From the NCBI GenBank assembly GCA_038250675.1, contig JBBSCB010000002.1, forward strand, positions 130,658-194,657: a stretch of 64,000 bases of DNA. Direction: 5' to 3'. The translations under genes were made by a program, and so were the position numbers. The DNA is from Gemmatimonadales bacterium. GTDB lineage: Bacteria > Gemmatimonadota > Gemmatimonadetes > Gemmatimonadales > GWC2-71-9. The first letter of the stretch is position 1, and each line of letters starts with the position of its first letter. The notes below the pieces were generated by a model that saw only the letters and a list, made by a program, of their open reading frames with translations, ran no database searches and was not told the DNA's origin. This document shows, one piece after another, positions 48,061 to 57,304 of this stretch.

Positions 48061-48492
48061 TCAGGCGGTTTCCAGCGGATACTTGCGCCAGTAATACTCC
48101 GACGTGCGCGTGGCCCGGGCCCGGTAGAGCTGCTCCTCGTCGTCCTCGCCATCGTTGACGAACAGGTGCAGCGATCCGGGCCACAGCGTGGCCTGCAACG
48201 ACCAGTTGCAGCTCGGCGCGTACAGCACCCACTGCAGCGCACCGCCGCCTGCATCGGTGAGATGGATTTCGCTCGCCCGCTCGAGTGGTACCGTCGCCGG
48301 GATACCGGCGATGGCGGCCCCGATCGGATCCCACTGCAGCTCGGCGTCGGTCCACGAATTGAACGTCACGGTACCGTACACCGGCACCTCGCCCTCGCGG
48401 CGCTCGATTTCGGCCTCCCACTCTCCCAGCAGGTCCCAGGCATGGTCCATCGGACCGATGTCGGGAATGTCCACCGTCGGATGCTTTGGCAT
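48061..48492 (-). CDS. hypothetical protein
   Basis: 143 aa, acidic and Trp-rich, with coding-like codon usage. I recognise no motif. Confidence 0.5.
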   Translation of the reverse strand: MPKHPTVDIPDIGPMDHAWDLLGEWEAEIERREGEVPVYGTVTFNSWTDAELQWDPIGAAIAGIPATVPLERASEIHLTDAGGGALQWVLYAPSCNWSLQATLWPGSLHLFVNDGEDDEEQLYRARATRTSEYYWRKYPLETA

Positions 48493-48601
48493 GTATGGGT
48501 TTCCTCGCCTCGTGCCGGGGGATCGGGCGCGCCGCTGGCGCTATTGAATCTTTCGGAGGTACGTTTCGTACTGTAACGCACGTTCGGACCCTTCATCCTC
48601 C

Positions 48602-48916
48602 GTGAGGCAGACAATGTTTGGTGCTCTCTATGGCGCCCTCGCGCTTGCAGCGACCATCGTCGCCGGCGCCGCCGGCTACCTCGTCTCCAGAACCTTCGTA
48701 CGTCGCCGGCTGCGCTTCGTGGATGCGGTGCAATCACCCGCCGCCCCCATCATCGCCGCCGTCATCGCGTTCGTCGTCGCCTGGCCGCTCACGCTGCTGC
48801 CGGTGCTCACCATGTCGGCCGCGGTCATGTTCGGCCTGGGCTGCGGTTTCGGGACCGCCAGCGGCGCTCGCGCCCTCAGGCGCGGCGAGTGGATCGGCCA
48901 CCGACTGAAACCCTGA
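48602..48916 (+). CDS. hypothetical membrane protein (3 TM)
   Basis: Hydrophobic helices. GTG 48602 or ATG 48614 could be the start. Confidence 0.45.
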   Translation: MRQTMFGALYGALALAATIVAGAAGYLVSRTFVRRRLRFVDAVQSPAAPIIAAVIAFVVAWPLTLLPVLTMSAAVMFGLGCGFGTASGARALRRGEWIGHRLKP

Positions 48917-49033
48917 TCCATTGTAGCGCTCCGGACCGGTTCGTCCCGTCGCCTGCGTCACATTCTGGGGAAGTTGGCCGGCACAGGCGGGGCAGACGTG
49001 GAGAAAGCCGCGGGAGAGGCCTATCTTGCCCCC

Positions 49034-49264
49034 ATGACGACGGTGACCTGCGTGCGCTGCGGCGAGACCCGGGACCGGATGCCCTTCCGGCCATTCCAGA
49101 ACGAGCTCGGCCAGCGCGCATACGATCGGATCTGCAACGTCTGCTGGAGCGAATGGCTCAAGTTCCAGCAGCAGCTCATCAATCACTACGGACTGAACCT
49201 GCGGGACGCGAAGGCCAAGGAATTTCTCTTCGCGCAGATGGAGGAGTTCCTCTTCCCGCCGTGA
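49034..49264 (+). CDS. yggX: Fe(2+)-trafficking / oxidative-damage protection protein
   Basis: VTCVRCGE...MPFRPF...CNVCWSEWLKFQQQLINHYGLNL matches the YggX pattern. The internal ATG at 49034 is used. Confidence 0.85.
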   Translation: MTTVTCVRCGETRDRMPFRPFQNELGQRAYDRICNVCWSEWLKFQQQLINHYGLNLRDAKAKEFLFAQMEEFLFPP

Positions 49265-49270
49265 GCGGAG

Positions 49271-50227
49271 CTACCAGGTCCGCCCCACCTTAAGCGTCAG
49301 GTCGATCCCCGGGTCCCCGGGGGCCAGATCCTCGCTCATCCCGATGAACCATGCCCGCCCGTCACGCCCCCGCGCCAGCCAGCCAAAATCACCCGTCAGC
49401 TCCCGCCGATCGAGCGAGCGGAGTCCCGTGTCGTGGTAATACGGCGTGTGATAGAAGAAGTACCCGTAGACCGACTGGCTGCCCCATAGCCGGATCGAAA
49501 TGCCGGTGGACGCCGACGCAAACGTGGTCCGCTGGAAGCCGGCCAGCGCGCCGTGGCGCGGCGTGAGTCCCAGGCCGAATGTCCCCTCGTAGAGAAACCG
49601 GGACGACAAGGCGAGCCGCACGGTCTGCACCGTGCTGACCGACACCGTGCCCCGGCCATATCCCTCCGGCCCTGTGGCCGTCGGCAGCGTCACCGAGAGA
49701 ACCGATTGCAGCGACTGGCTGTGCCGGACGCCGATCGTCGCGCGGGTATCGCCCAGCGCCAGACTGACCGGCGCCCGGACGACCTCATGGCCGGCCGGCA
49801 GGTCGAAGACGTAGCCGAAGACGTTCCTGGGGCGGGCCGCGCGTTCCGGCTGTGAAAAGTGAATGAGCTTGTGGTAGGCGACGAAGAAACCGTCGGCAAA
49901 CCCGGCGTCGGCCCCGCCGACACCCAGGTCGAGCGAGACGAACGTGCTGGAGGAAAGGTCCCGGCTCGCGGCCAGCCGGACCCGGAGCACTTCGGCGTCG
50001 AGGAGATAGCGCACGCCGCGCCCGGAATCCGACTCGATGGCATTACCGTAGCTCACGCGCACCCCTAGCTGCCACCCCCGCGGATCGAGCGCGCGGTACG
50101 GCTGCGCGTACAGTCCGCTGCGGGACGCTGATGTGGGATTGAGGGGCTCGTGCTGCGGCAGTCCCTGCGCTGCGGCGGAAGGAGCGGTCAGCAGCGCGGC
50201 GATGACCAGTGGAAGGCGCGTCGTCAC
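49271..50227 (-). CDS. putative outer-membrane beta-barrel protein
   Basis: GTG 50227 gives the signal peptide TTRLPLVIAALLTAPSAAAQG. Alternating beta pattern and a C-terminal VGRTW ending in an aromatic residue. Confidence 0.6.
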   Translation of the reverse strand: MTTRLPLVIAALLTAPSAAAQGLPQHEPLNPTSASRSGLYAQPYRALDPRGWQLGVRVSYGNAIESDSGRGVRYLLDAEVLRVRLAASRDLSSSTFVSLDLGVGGADAGFADGFFVAYHKLIHFSQPERAARPRNVFGYVFDLPAGHEVVRAPVSLALGDTRATIGVRHSQSLQSVLSVTLPTATGPEGYGRGTVSVSTVQTVRLALSSRFLYEGTFGLGLTPRHGALAGFQRTTFASASTGISIRLWGSQSVYGYFFYHTPYYHDTGLRSLDRRELTGDFGWLARGRDGRAWFIGMSEDLAPGDPGIDLTLKVGRTW

Positions 50228-50349
50228 CCCCAAGCTTAGCGGTGTCCCGCTGGGGGGTGAAGCTGGCGCACGAAGACGGAATCGGTAGCGGCGGACAGCA
50301 CGACGGGCGGCCCCATCGGGACCGCCCGTTGTGCCGCATCGTGCCCGCG

Positions 50350-50616
50350 TCAGGGCGTGGTCGTTCCGCGCCGGCCGACGAACAGGCGATAGATGAACAG
50401 CAGAATCATGGCGCCGATGATCGACGCGATGATGCCGGGGCCTGAGCCGGCATCGCTGTACCACCCCAGTGAACGGCCCAGAAACCCGGCGACAAACGCG
50501 CCGGCCACGCCGAGCAGCATGGTGACGATGATCCCGCCCGGGTCGCGGCCGGGCATGAGGAACTTGGCGATCGCACCGACGACCAGACCGATGATCAGGG
50601 TCCACAGAATGTTCAT
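50350..50616 (-). CDS. GlsB/YeaQ/YmgE family stress-response membrane protein
   Basis: [45 protein letters not shown]-type sequence, 88 aa. Confidence 0.85.
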   Translation of the reverse strand: [88 protein letters not shown]

Positions 50617-50728
50617 GGCAACCTCCAGCGGGAACCAACGGAAACCAGCGAGTGAATGCAACATGCACATCCGCGTTGCGCGGAGTCTGTGAGGGGCGCC
50701 ACACGACCGCCGCCCACCGCGACCGGCC

Positions 50729-51406
50729 TCACCAGCTGTCTGTCCGCGCAATCGCGCCTGCCGGACTGTCGCCGGCCGGCGCTGCCGGGCGATCCGGCGC
50801 CGCGACCGGCGCGCGGTTGACGATCCCGTGAATCAGCGTGGTGAACACGGCCGTGAGGTAGGTGCTGTCCTCCGTCGGGCCGGCGGCGGGTGTACGGGTC
50901 AGTCCCCCGCCCAGCAGCACGTCGGCCAAAGCCCGCGCCACCCCTGCCACGTCGAGCGTTCTGAAGGCGCTCGTTGCCATGCCCAGCCGCAGCACTCCAC
51001 CGAGCTGCTGCTCCATGCGCCTGCGCACCTCGGCGGCATAGCCGGACGCGGCCTCAGGCACCGTCTCCGGGTTGGCCAAGGCGGCCCGGAGCAGCATCGC
51101 CTGGCCCTGGTCCCCGAGGAACGCCCACCAGCGGTCGATCGTCTCGCGGAGCAGGCGCCCCGGATCACGCTCCGCCACGGCCCAGCCGCTGGGAAGCTGC
51201 TTCCGGCACTCGTCGAGCACGGCGGCGAACAGGGCGTCCTTGTTGGGATAGTACCGGTAGATCGTGCCGACGGTCACGCCCGCCCGTGCCGCGATGTCCT
51301 CCACCCGGGCCGCGCGGTAGCCGGACGTCCCGAAGCAATACGCCGCGGCATCGAGCAGTTCGGCAGGACGGGCATCGCGCCGGCGCTGCCAGCGCGGTTC
51401 AGTCAC
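50729..51406 (-). CDS. TetR/AcrR family transcriptional regulator
   Basis: HTH region RVEDIAARAGVTVGTIYRYYPNKDALF. GTG start. Confidence 0.9.
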   Translation of the reverse strand: MTEPRWQRRRDARPAELLDAAAYCFGTSGYRAARVEDIAARAGVTVGTIYRYYPNKDALFAAVLDECRKQLPSGWAVAERDPGRLLRETIDRWWAFLGDQGQAMLLRAALANPETVPEAASGYAAEVRRRMEQQLGGVLRLGMATSAFRTLDVAGVARALADVLLGGGLTRTPAAGPTEDSTYLTAVFTTLIHGIVNRAPVAAPDRPAAPAGDSPAGAIARTDSW

Positions 51407-51434
51407 GGTCTGGTGAGCCGCGATTCATTTGCTG

Positions 51435-51463
51435 ACATTAGCTCGTGGCGGACCCGCGGGCAA
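51435..51463 (-). promoter_or_regulatory. sigma70-type promoter candidate for the TetR gene
   Basis: On the minus strand: TTGCCC, a 17-nt spacer, then TAATGT, about 30 nt upstream of the GTG start. Confidence 0.25.
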
Positions 51464-51478
51464 GGGCCGGTCTGATGC

Positions 51479-51514
51479 GCCGCGGGCGGGACCTGGTCCG
51501 GTCCCGCCCGCGGC
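51479..51514 (-). terminator. strong GC hairpin after the sigma/anti-sigma/PDZ operon
   Basis: gccgcgggcgggacc / ggtcccgcccgcggc form a perfect 15-bp stem with a 6-nt loop. There is no clear U-tract. Confidence 0.5.
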
Positions 51515-51546
51515 CTGCTGCCGGATTGGCGTGTACCGACGTCGTG

Positions 51547-52506
51547 CTACTTTTCCAGCTTGTCTCCCAGTCGGCCGGTCACGGTTTCCCGCTTGTGGTT
51601 CCGCATGATCTCCAGCCTGAAGCTCTCGCCCTGGTCGTAGCTCTGGAGGATGCGCATGAGGTGCCCCGGATCGCTGGGCTTGCGGCCATCCACGGTGAGA
51701 ATCACATCGCCCGACTTGAGGCCGAGCTTGGAGTCCCTGGGCAGGTTGATCACCAACACCCCGTCGGCGGTCCCGAAGTAGCTGCCCAGATCGTCGTTGA
51801 GCGGTGCCAACTCGAGATCGGCCAGCGGCGAACCGAAGAACACCCTGTATCGCGCGGCGCCGGATGGTCCCATCCGGTCGACCATCATCCGCTCGAGATC
51901 AAGATTCTGCCGGAGGTCAAGATTCTGACGCAGGATCATCTCCTCGGGCGGCGCGGTTCGGAAGAAGGTCGTGTTGCTGTCGCCCAGGCGAGTGGTCCAG
52001 CTCTGGCCGGGACTGAAGTTCCCGCTGAAGGTTTCTCCCGCATCCTCGGCCGTGACCAGCCGAACCGTCCGGCGATCCTTGCCGCGCAGGAGGTCCACCG
52101 AGATCGTGTCGCTGGGTGCAAGCCGCGCCGCCAGCTCGATCAGTCGGAGCCCCGCCGGCGACTGATTTTCGCCGGCGTTCATGTTGGCCGATCCCCGCTC
52201 GGTGAGCGAGTGGCCGTCGAGCCGCGTGATGATATCCGCGCTCCGGATGCCGGCTTTTGCCGCCGGTCCGCCCGGCGACACGCTCTGCACCACCGCGCCC
52301 ACCGAGTCGCTGGCGCTGGAACGCAGATCCACGGTCAGACCGAGCCGGGCGTGCCGGCCGATCACGACATTCAGGATCTGGCCGGGGCCGGTCAGCCGGA
52401 CACGGTTGCCCCCGGGGGACAGGCGGCCGGCGACGGGGGGGTCCTGCGCCATGAGCGGCGCGGCCAGCGCCAGCATCGCAAGCGACATTGTCCAACGGTG
52501 CATCAT
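51547..52506 (-). CDS. exported protein with two PDZ domains and no protease domain
   Basis: Signal peptide, then PDZ-like segments (GAVVQSVSPGGPAAKAGIRSADIITRLDG; GVLVINLPRDSKLGLKSGDVILTVDG). There is no trypsin-like GNSGG region. Confidence 0.8.
   Translation of the reverse strand: MMHRWTMSLAMLALAAPLMAQDPPVAGRLSPGGNRVRLTGPGQILNVVIGRHARLGLTVDLRSSASDSVGAVVQSVSPGGPAAKAGIRSADIITRLDGHSLTERGSANMNAGENQSPAGLRLIELAARLAPSDTISVDLLRGKDRRTVRLVTAEDAGETFSGNFSPGQSWTTRLGDSNTTFFRTAPPEEMILRQNLDLRQNLDLERMMVDRMGPSGAARYRVFFGSPLADLELAPLNDDLGSYFGTADGVLVINLPRDSKLGLKSGDVILTVDGRKPSDPGHLMRILQSYDQGESFRLEIMRNHKRETVTGRLGDKLEK
51899..51934. repeat. 18-nt imperfect tandem duplication inside the PDZ gene
   Basis: tcaagattctgccggagg / tcaagattctgacgcagg (16 of 18 identical), encoding LRQNLD-LRQNLD on the minus strand. 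Confidence 0.8.
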
Positions 52507-52522
52507 CGGTTCTCCTCGGGCA

Positions 52523-53137
52523 TCACAGCCCTACGTTGCTGGCACGAGTGACGTGCACATCCACGAGCGCGTCGAGCAGGCCAACCCGCTCCCGCCAGAG
52601 TTCAAGCATCTGCTGCTGCTGCGCGGCCGGCCGGCGCTCCGCCGACCGCAGTTCGGCGGCCTGGAGCTGACGGTCGAGCGCGGCGATCCGGTCCTCCAGC
52701 GCCTGCGACATCCGCGCGGTCCGGCCGTCGATGACCCGCGCATCCGGGTTGTAGGCGTCGAGCGCCCCCTCAAGGAGCTGTGACCGCTGCCGGGCCACCT
52801 CGATCTGAGCCGACGCGTCCGCCGGCGCCGGATTGGCGATCCCACCGCCCACAACGGCGAGCGCAATCGATGCCGCGGCCAGGAGCCCGGCCACGCCCGT
52901 CCAGCGGGCGCGCCACCGTCGGCGCTCCGCCAGGTCGCGGGCCCGCACGGTGGGCCACAGATCCCGCGAGGGCCGAAGTGCGGGCAGCGCCCGGAGGCGG
53001 GCCACCCGCTGATGCAGTCGATCCAGTTCCGCGCGGCACTGCGCGCATTCATCGACGTGCCGCCGCGCAGCGGCCGTCCCCGGCTCGGCACCGGTCTCCC
53101 GGAGCGCGAGCAGCGCTTCCATCGTCAGGTGGCTCAT
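52523..53137 (-). CDS. anti-sigma factor (zf-HC2 type, single TM)
   Basis: The H-x3-C-x2-C motif (HVDECAQC), a TM helix, and a coiled-coil periplasmic part. Its ATG overlaps the sigma gene stop codon (ATGA at 53134-53137). Confidence 0.75.
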   Translation of the reverse strand: MSHLTMEALLALRETGAEPGTAAARRHVDECAQCRAELDRLHQRVARLRALPALRPSRDLWPTVRARDLAERRRWRARWTGVAGLLAAASIALAVVGGGIANPAPADASAQIEVARQRSQLLEGALDAYNPDARVIDGRTARMSQALEDRIAALDRQLQAAELRSAERRPAAQQQQMLELWRERVGLLDALVDVHVTRASNVGL

Positions 53138-53694
53138 GCGACCACCTCGTCCCCCAGCCACCGCCGCAGCCGCACGTGGGCTCGGGCCAGCTGGGACTTC
53201 GAAAAACTCACCGTCTTGCCCATCATCTCCGCGATCTCGTCGTGCGTATATCCCTCGACATCGTGCAGCCAGACCACTGCGCGTGACGTCTCGCCCAGCC
53301 GCTCGAGCGCCGCCTCCAGGTCCATCCGGAGCGCGGTGTCCTCCCGCCCGGACGGCACCAGCTGATCGTCCAGGAGGTCGGTGTCCCGGTACTTGTTGCG
53401 CCGGAGCCGCATCAGCGCCTTGCTGGCGGCGATGGTCCGGATCCAGCCCCAGAGACTGCCCTCACCCCGATATCTGCTGATACTGCGGCACACCTCGAAG
53501 AACGTCTCCTGCAGCACATCCTCGGCGTCCTCGGCGGTCCGGCAGATGCGCCGGGCCAGGCCGTAGACCGGGCTCTCGTAGGCCCGGAACAACTGCTCCA
53601 GCGCCGCCGGGTCGCCCCGCCTGGCCCCGGCGAGCACCGACTCGGCGTTGGCCGCGAAGTACGCATCCATGGGCAGGGTCCGCGAGAGGGTCAT
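53134..53694 (-). CDS. RNA polymerase ECF-type sigma factor
   Basis: Region 2 (AEDVLQETFFEV, LWGWIRTIA) and region 4 (EGYTHDEIAEMMGKTVSFSKSQL). The start could be ATG 53694 or 53670. Confidence 0.85.
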   Translation of the reverse strand: MTLSRTLPMDAYFAANAESVLAGARRGDPAALEQLFRAYESPVYGLARRICRTAEDAEDVLQETFFEVCRSISRYRGEGSLWGWIRTIAASKALMRLRRNKYRDTDLLDDQLVPSGREDTALRMDLEAALERLGETSRAVVWLHDVEGYTHDEIAEMMGKTVSFSKSQLARAHVRLRRWLGDEVVA

Positions 53695-53779
53695 GGTACC
53701 GGTAAAGATGCGGGTGGGGGCCAGATCGTCGCACCCCCCCGCCCTTCCGCCGCCCGGGTGGACCGGCCTTATTACCGGC

Positions 53780-54904
53780 ATGACCCCATCGTCCCCGGAC
53801 ATCGCGATCTGGCGACACCACCTCGCCGATGAGGCGGACGCCGCCTACCTCTATGGCGAGCTGGCCAAGGCCGAACCCGACCCCAAGCGCTCCCGCCTCT
53901 ATTCCCAGCTGTCTCATGTCGAACAACGTCACGTCGAGATGTGGCGCAAGCTCCTGACCGAACACGGCCACGACGCCGCGGTGCCGACGCCGTCGTTCAG
54001 CGCGCGCAGCCGCGCCTGGGTGGCCCGCCGCCTCGGCAGCGGGATTCTCCTGCCGATGCTGCTCCAGGAGGAGGGCCGGGAGGTCAAGGGGTATCTGAAC
54101 ATGTACCGCGACGCCCCCGACGCAGTCAGCGGACCCACGGCATTGCGGCTGGCCAAGGAATCGAAGGAGCACGCCGAGACACTGGCCCGGATGGGCGGCG
54201 GCGAGCCGGAGCCGTGGCACAAGGCGGGCGCCGGCGGGTTCCTCCGGAACGTCGTCTACGGGTTTAACGACGGGCTCACGGCGAACTTCGGCCTCGTCGC
54301 CGGGATGATCGGTGCGCAGACCGGCCTCGGTCTCGCGACCCACGCGGTCGTCGTCGCGGGTCTGGCCGGCGCCGTGGCCGATGCGCTGTCGATGGCGTCA
54401 TCCGGGTATCTGGCCGCCAAGAGCGAGCGCGAGGTCTTTGAACACGAAATCGCGATGGAGCGGGAGGAGATCCGCCTCATGCCCGAGCTCGAGCGCGAGG
54501 AGCTCAGTCTGATCTATCAGGCCAAGGGGATGGAGGAAGCGCAGGCCGAGCTGCTGGCGACGCAGGTCATGTCGGATCCGGCGCGGGCGCTGGACGAGAA
54601 GGTGCGCGAGGAGTTGAAGATCGGCGAGGCCACGAGCACGCCGATGCGTGAGGCCTGGGTCACCGGCGTCGCGACGGCGTTCGGCGCGCTGATCCCGGTG
54701 GCGCCGCTGCTGCTGAGCAGCGGGCGATGGGCGATCTGGACGTCGTTTGCGCTGGCGATGGTGTCGCATTTCGGGGTGGGAGCGGCCCGCAGCTTCTTCA
54801 CCGGCCGCAGCATCTTCCGCAGCGGGCTGGACATGTTCATCGTGGGGCTGGGCGTGGCCGTGATCGGCTACTACATGGGCGGGTGGCTGACGCGGATGCT
54901 CTAG
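53780..54904 (+). CDS. VIT1/CCC1 family iron/manganese transporter with N-terminal ferritin-like domain
   Basis: N-terminal rubrerythrin/ferritin-like helices (EADAAYLYGELA, EQRHVEMW), then a VIT1 core (NDGLTANFGLVAGM, 5 TM). Confidence 0.85.
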   Translation: MTPSSPDIAIWRHHLADEADAAYLYGELAKAEPDPKRSRLYSQLSHVEQRHVEMWRKLLTEHGHDAAVPTPSFSARSRAWVARRLGSGILLPMLLQEEGREVKGYLNMYRDAPDAVSGPTALRLAKESKEHAETLARMGGGEPEPWHKAGAGGFLRNVVYGFNDGLTANFGLVAGMIGAQTGLGLATHAVVVAGLAGAVADALSMASSGYLAAKSEREVFEHEIAMEREEIRLMPELEREELSLIYQAKGMEEAQAELLATQVMSDPARALDEKVREELKIGEATSTPMREAWVTGVATAFGALIPVAPLLLSSGRWAIWTSFALAMVSHFGVGAARSFFTGRSIFRSGLDMFIVGLGVAVIGYYMGGWLTRML

Positions 54905-54910
54905 GCGGCG

Positions 54911-57304
54911 TCAGCCCACGACCAGATTGAGCAGGCGGTTGGGCACGTAGATCCGCTTGCGCACCTCCTTGCCCGCCACAAAGCGCTGGGTGGCGGCATC
55001 GGCCAGCGCAGCGGCCACGACGGCGTCCTCGCCGGCGTCACGCCCGACGATCACGGTCGAACGCGTCCTGCCGTTGACCTGCACCGCCACCTCCACGCGG
55101 CTCTCCACCACGAACTGCTCGTCCCATTCGGGCCACAGCTCGTCGAAGATCGTCGTCGCGTGTCCCAGCCGCTCCCAGCACTCCTCTGCAAAGTGCGGCG
55201 CAAACGGCGCCAGCATGACGATCAGGTCCTGCACCACCTGGCGGTCGCAGCAACGCGCCTCGCGCAGCGCGTTGACCAGCTCCATGCAGGCGGCAATGGC
55301 CGAGTTGTAGCGCAGCGCTCCGATCGCCTCGGTGGCGCGCTTGACCGTCTGGTGCCACTTCACCACCAGCTCGCGGCGCACCTCGCCGCCGCACATATCC
55401 TCCCGTACGCAGTCCCCAACCATCGCCCACACCTTGTCGAGAAAGCGTCGCGGGCCGCTCATGCCTTCGTCGCGGAAGTCGCCGCCTTCCTGGAACGGAC
55501 CCAGGAACATCAGATACATCCGGAAGGTGTCGGCGCCCCAGCGCGCGAGGTACTGATCGGGTACCACCACGTTGCCGCGCGACTTGGACATCTTGGCGCC
55601 GTCCTTGACGATCAGCCCGTGCGCCCGGAAGCGGGCGAACGGCTCGTCGAACGTCACCAGCCCCAGCTCGTGCAGCACCATCGCGATGAACCGCGAATAC
55701 AGGAGATGCAGCACCGCGTGCTCGTTGCCGCCGATGTAGGTCGTGACCGGGCACCAGCGCCGGGTGCGCTCCGCGTCGAAGGCGCGGTCGTCGAAGTCGG
55801 TGCTGGGATAGCGCAGGTAATACCACGCGGAATCGAGGAACGTGTCGGACACGTCGGTCTCGCGGCGGGCACGCGTGCCGCACACCGGGCACGGGACGTA
55901 GTACCACTCCTCGTGACGGGCGAGCGGCGAGATGCCGCTGTCGTCCGGCCGGAAGTCCTCAATGTCCGGCAGAAGCACCGGCAGATCGGCCTCGGGCACG
56001 GGCACCGCGCCGTGCTCGTCGCAGTAGATGATCGGAATCGGCGGGCCCCAGTAGCGCTGGCGCGAGATGCACCAGTCGTGCAGGCGATACTGGATGACGC
56101 CCTTCCCCGTGCCGCTCGATTCCAGCCAGCGGATGATGGCGCTCCGGCCCTGGTCCGCCAGCATGCCGCTGAACTCGCCGGATCCGATCAGCATGCCGCC
56201 CTCGTCCACGACGGGCACCACCGGCAGCCCGTACCGGGTCGCGAACTCGAGATCGCGCTCGTCGTGAGCCGGCACCGCCATGATGCCGCCGGTGCCGTAC
56301 TCCATCAGCACGTAGTCCGCGACCCAGACCGGAATCATCCGCCCGTTGGCGGGATTCTTGGCGAACGCCCCCGTGAAGACCCCAGACTTCTCGCGCTCGC
56401 CCACCCGGCGGGAGATCAGGTCCTTGGCCGCCGCCGCCGCGCGGTAGGCGTGCACGGCATCGTGCTGGGCCGGCGTGGTGATCTCGCCCACCAGCGGATG
56501 CTCGGGGGCGAGCACCATAAACGTTGCGCCGTAGAGCGTATCGGGCCGCGTGGTGAACACGGTGATGTCGCGGTTGTGATCGAGGGCGAATTCGATCTCC
56601 GCTCCCTCCGACCGGCCGATCCAGTTGCGCTGGGCGGTGACCGTGGTCTCCGACCAGTCCATCCGGCCCGGGTCGTCGAGATCGGCCAGCAGGCGGTCCG
56701 CGTAGTCGCTGATCCGGAAGAACCACTGCTCCAGGGTGCGCTGCTCCACCCGGGTCTCCGGATGGCGCTCACAGAATCCGTTGATCACCTGCTCGTTGGC
56801 GAGCACCGTCTTGCACTCGGGGCACCAGTTGACAGCAGCGTACTTCTTGTACGCCTTGCCTGCCTCGAGCAGCTTGAGGAAGAGCCACTGGGTCCACTTG
56901 TAGTACGCCGGATCGGTGGTGGACAGCTCGTGACGCCAGTCGAACATCCCGCCCATCCGCTGCAGCTGCCGACGGAAATTGGCGATGTTCGCGGGAATGA
57001 GCCGGGCCGGATGGCTGCCGACCTTGATCGCGAAATTTTCGCTGTGGATCCCGAACGCGTCGAACCCGATCGGCTCGAAGACCTGGTGGCCCCGAAGCCG
57101 CTGGAAGCGCCCGTACACGTCGCTGCCGGTGAACGCGAACATGTTCCCGACGTGGAGCCCCTCGGCCGACGGATACGGAAACATCATGAGGTTGTAGAAC
57201 GGCCGGGCGGCACCGTCGAGGTCGGGCTCGTTGGTCCCGCGCTCGGCCCAGCGGGCCTGCCATTTCGCCTCGACTACGTCGGGCTGATACATCTCGTCGC
57301 TCAC
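54911..57304 (-). CDS. leuS: leucine--tRNA ligase
   Basis: Full-length class I synthetase: PYPSAEGLHVGN (HIGH region), the CP1 editing domain and KMSKSRGN. Confidence 0.97.
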   Translation of the reverse strand: MSDEMYQPDVVEAKWQARWAERGTNEPDLDGAARPFYNLMMFPYPSAEGLHVGNMFAFTGSDVYGRFQRLRGHQVFEPIGFDAFGIHSENFAIKVGSHPARLIPANIANFRRQLQRMGGMFDWRHELSTTDPAYYKWTQWLFLKLLEAGKAYKKYAAVNWCPECKTVLANEQVINGFCERHPETRVEQRTLEQWFFRISDYADRLLADLDDPGRMDWSETTVTAQRNWIGRSEGAEIEFALDHNRDITVFTTRPDTLYGATFMVLAPEHPLVGEITTPAQHDAVHAYRAAAAAKDLISRRVGEREKSGVFTGAFAKNPANGRMIPVWVADYVLMEYGTGGIMAVPAHDERDLEFATRYGLPVVPVVDEGGMLIGSGEFSGMLADQGRSAIIRWLESSGTGKGVIQYRLHDWCISRQRYWGPPIPIIYCDEHGAVPVPEADLPVLLPDIEDFRPDDSGISPLARHEEWYYVPCPVCGTRARRETDVSDTFLDSAWYYLRYPSTDFDDRAFDAERTRRWCPVTTYIGGNEHAVLHLLYSRFIAMVLHELGLVTFDEPFARFRAHGLIVKDGAKMSKSRGNVVVPDQYLARWGADTFRMYLMFLGPFQEGGDFRDEGMSGPRRFLDKVWAMVGDCVREDMCGGEVRRELVVKWHQTVKRATEAIGALRYNSAIAACMELVNALREARCCDRQVVQDLIVMLAPFAPHFAEECWERLGHATTIFDELWPEWDEQFVVESRVEVAVQVNGRTRSTVIVGRDAGEDAVVAAALADAATQRFVAGKEVRKRIYVPNRLLNLVVG

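Noticed and set aside
53725-53748. ECF-type autoregulatory promoter upstream of the sigma gene (minus strand GGAAG-N15-CGAT).
   Set aside because: It has GGAAG rather than GGAAC, a spacer shorter than the usual 16-17 nt, and no group-specific consensus to compare with. The match is too weak to call.
57130-57160. The LeuS HIGH region reads HVGN instead of HxGH.
   Set aside because: Without an alignment of orthologues I cannot say whether this is unusual. The rest of the enzyme, including KMSKS, is canonical.
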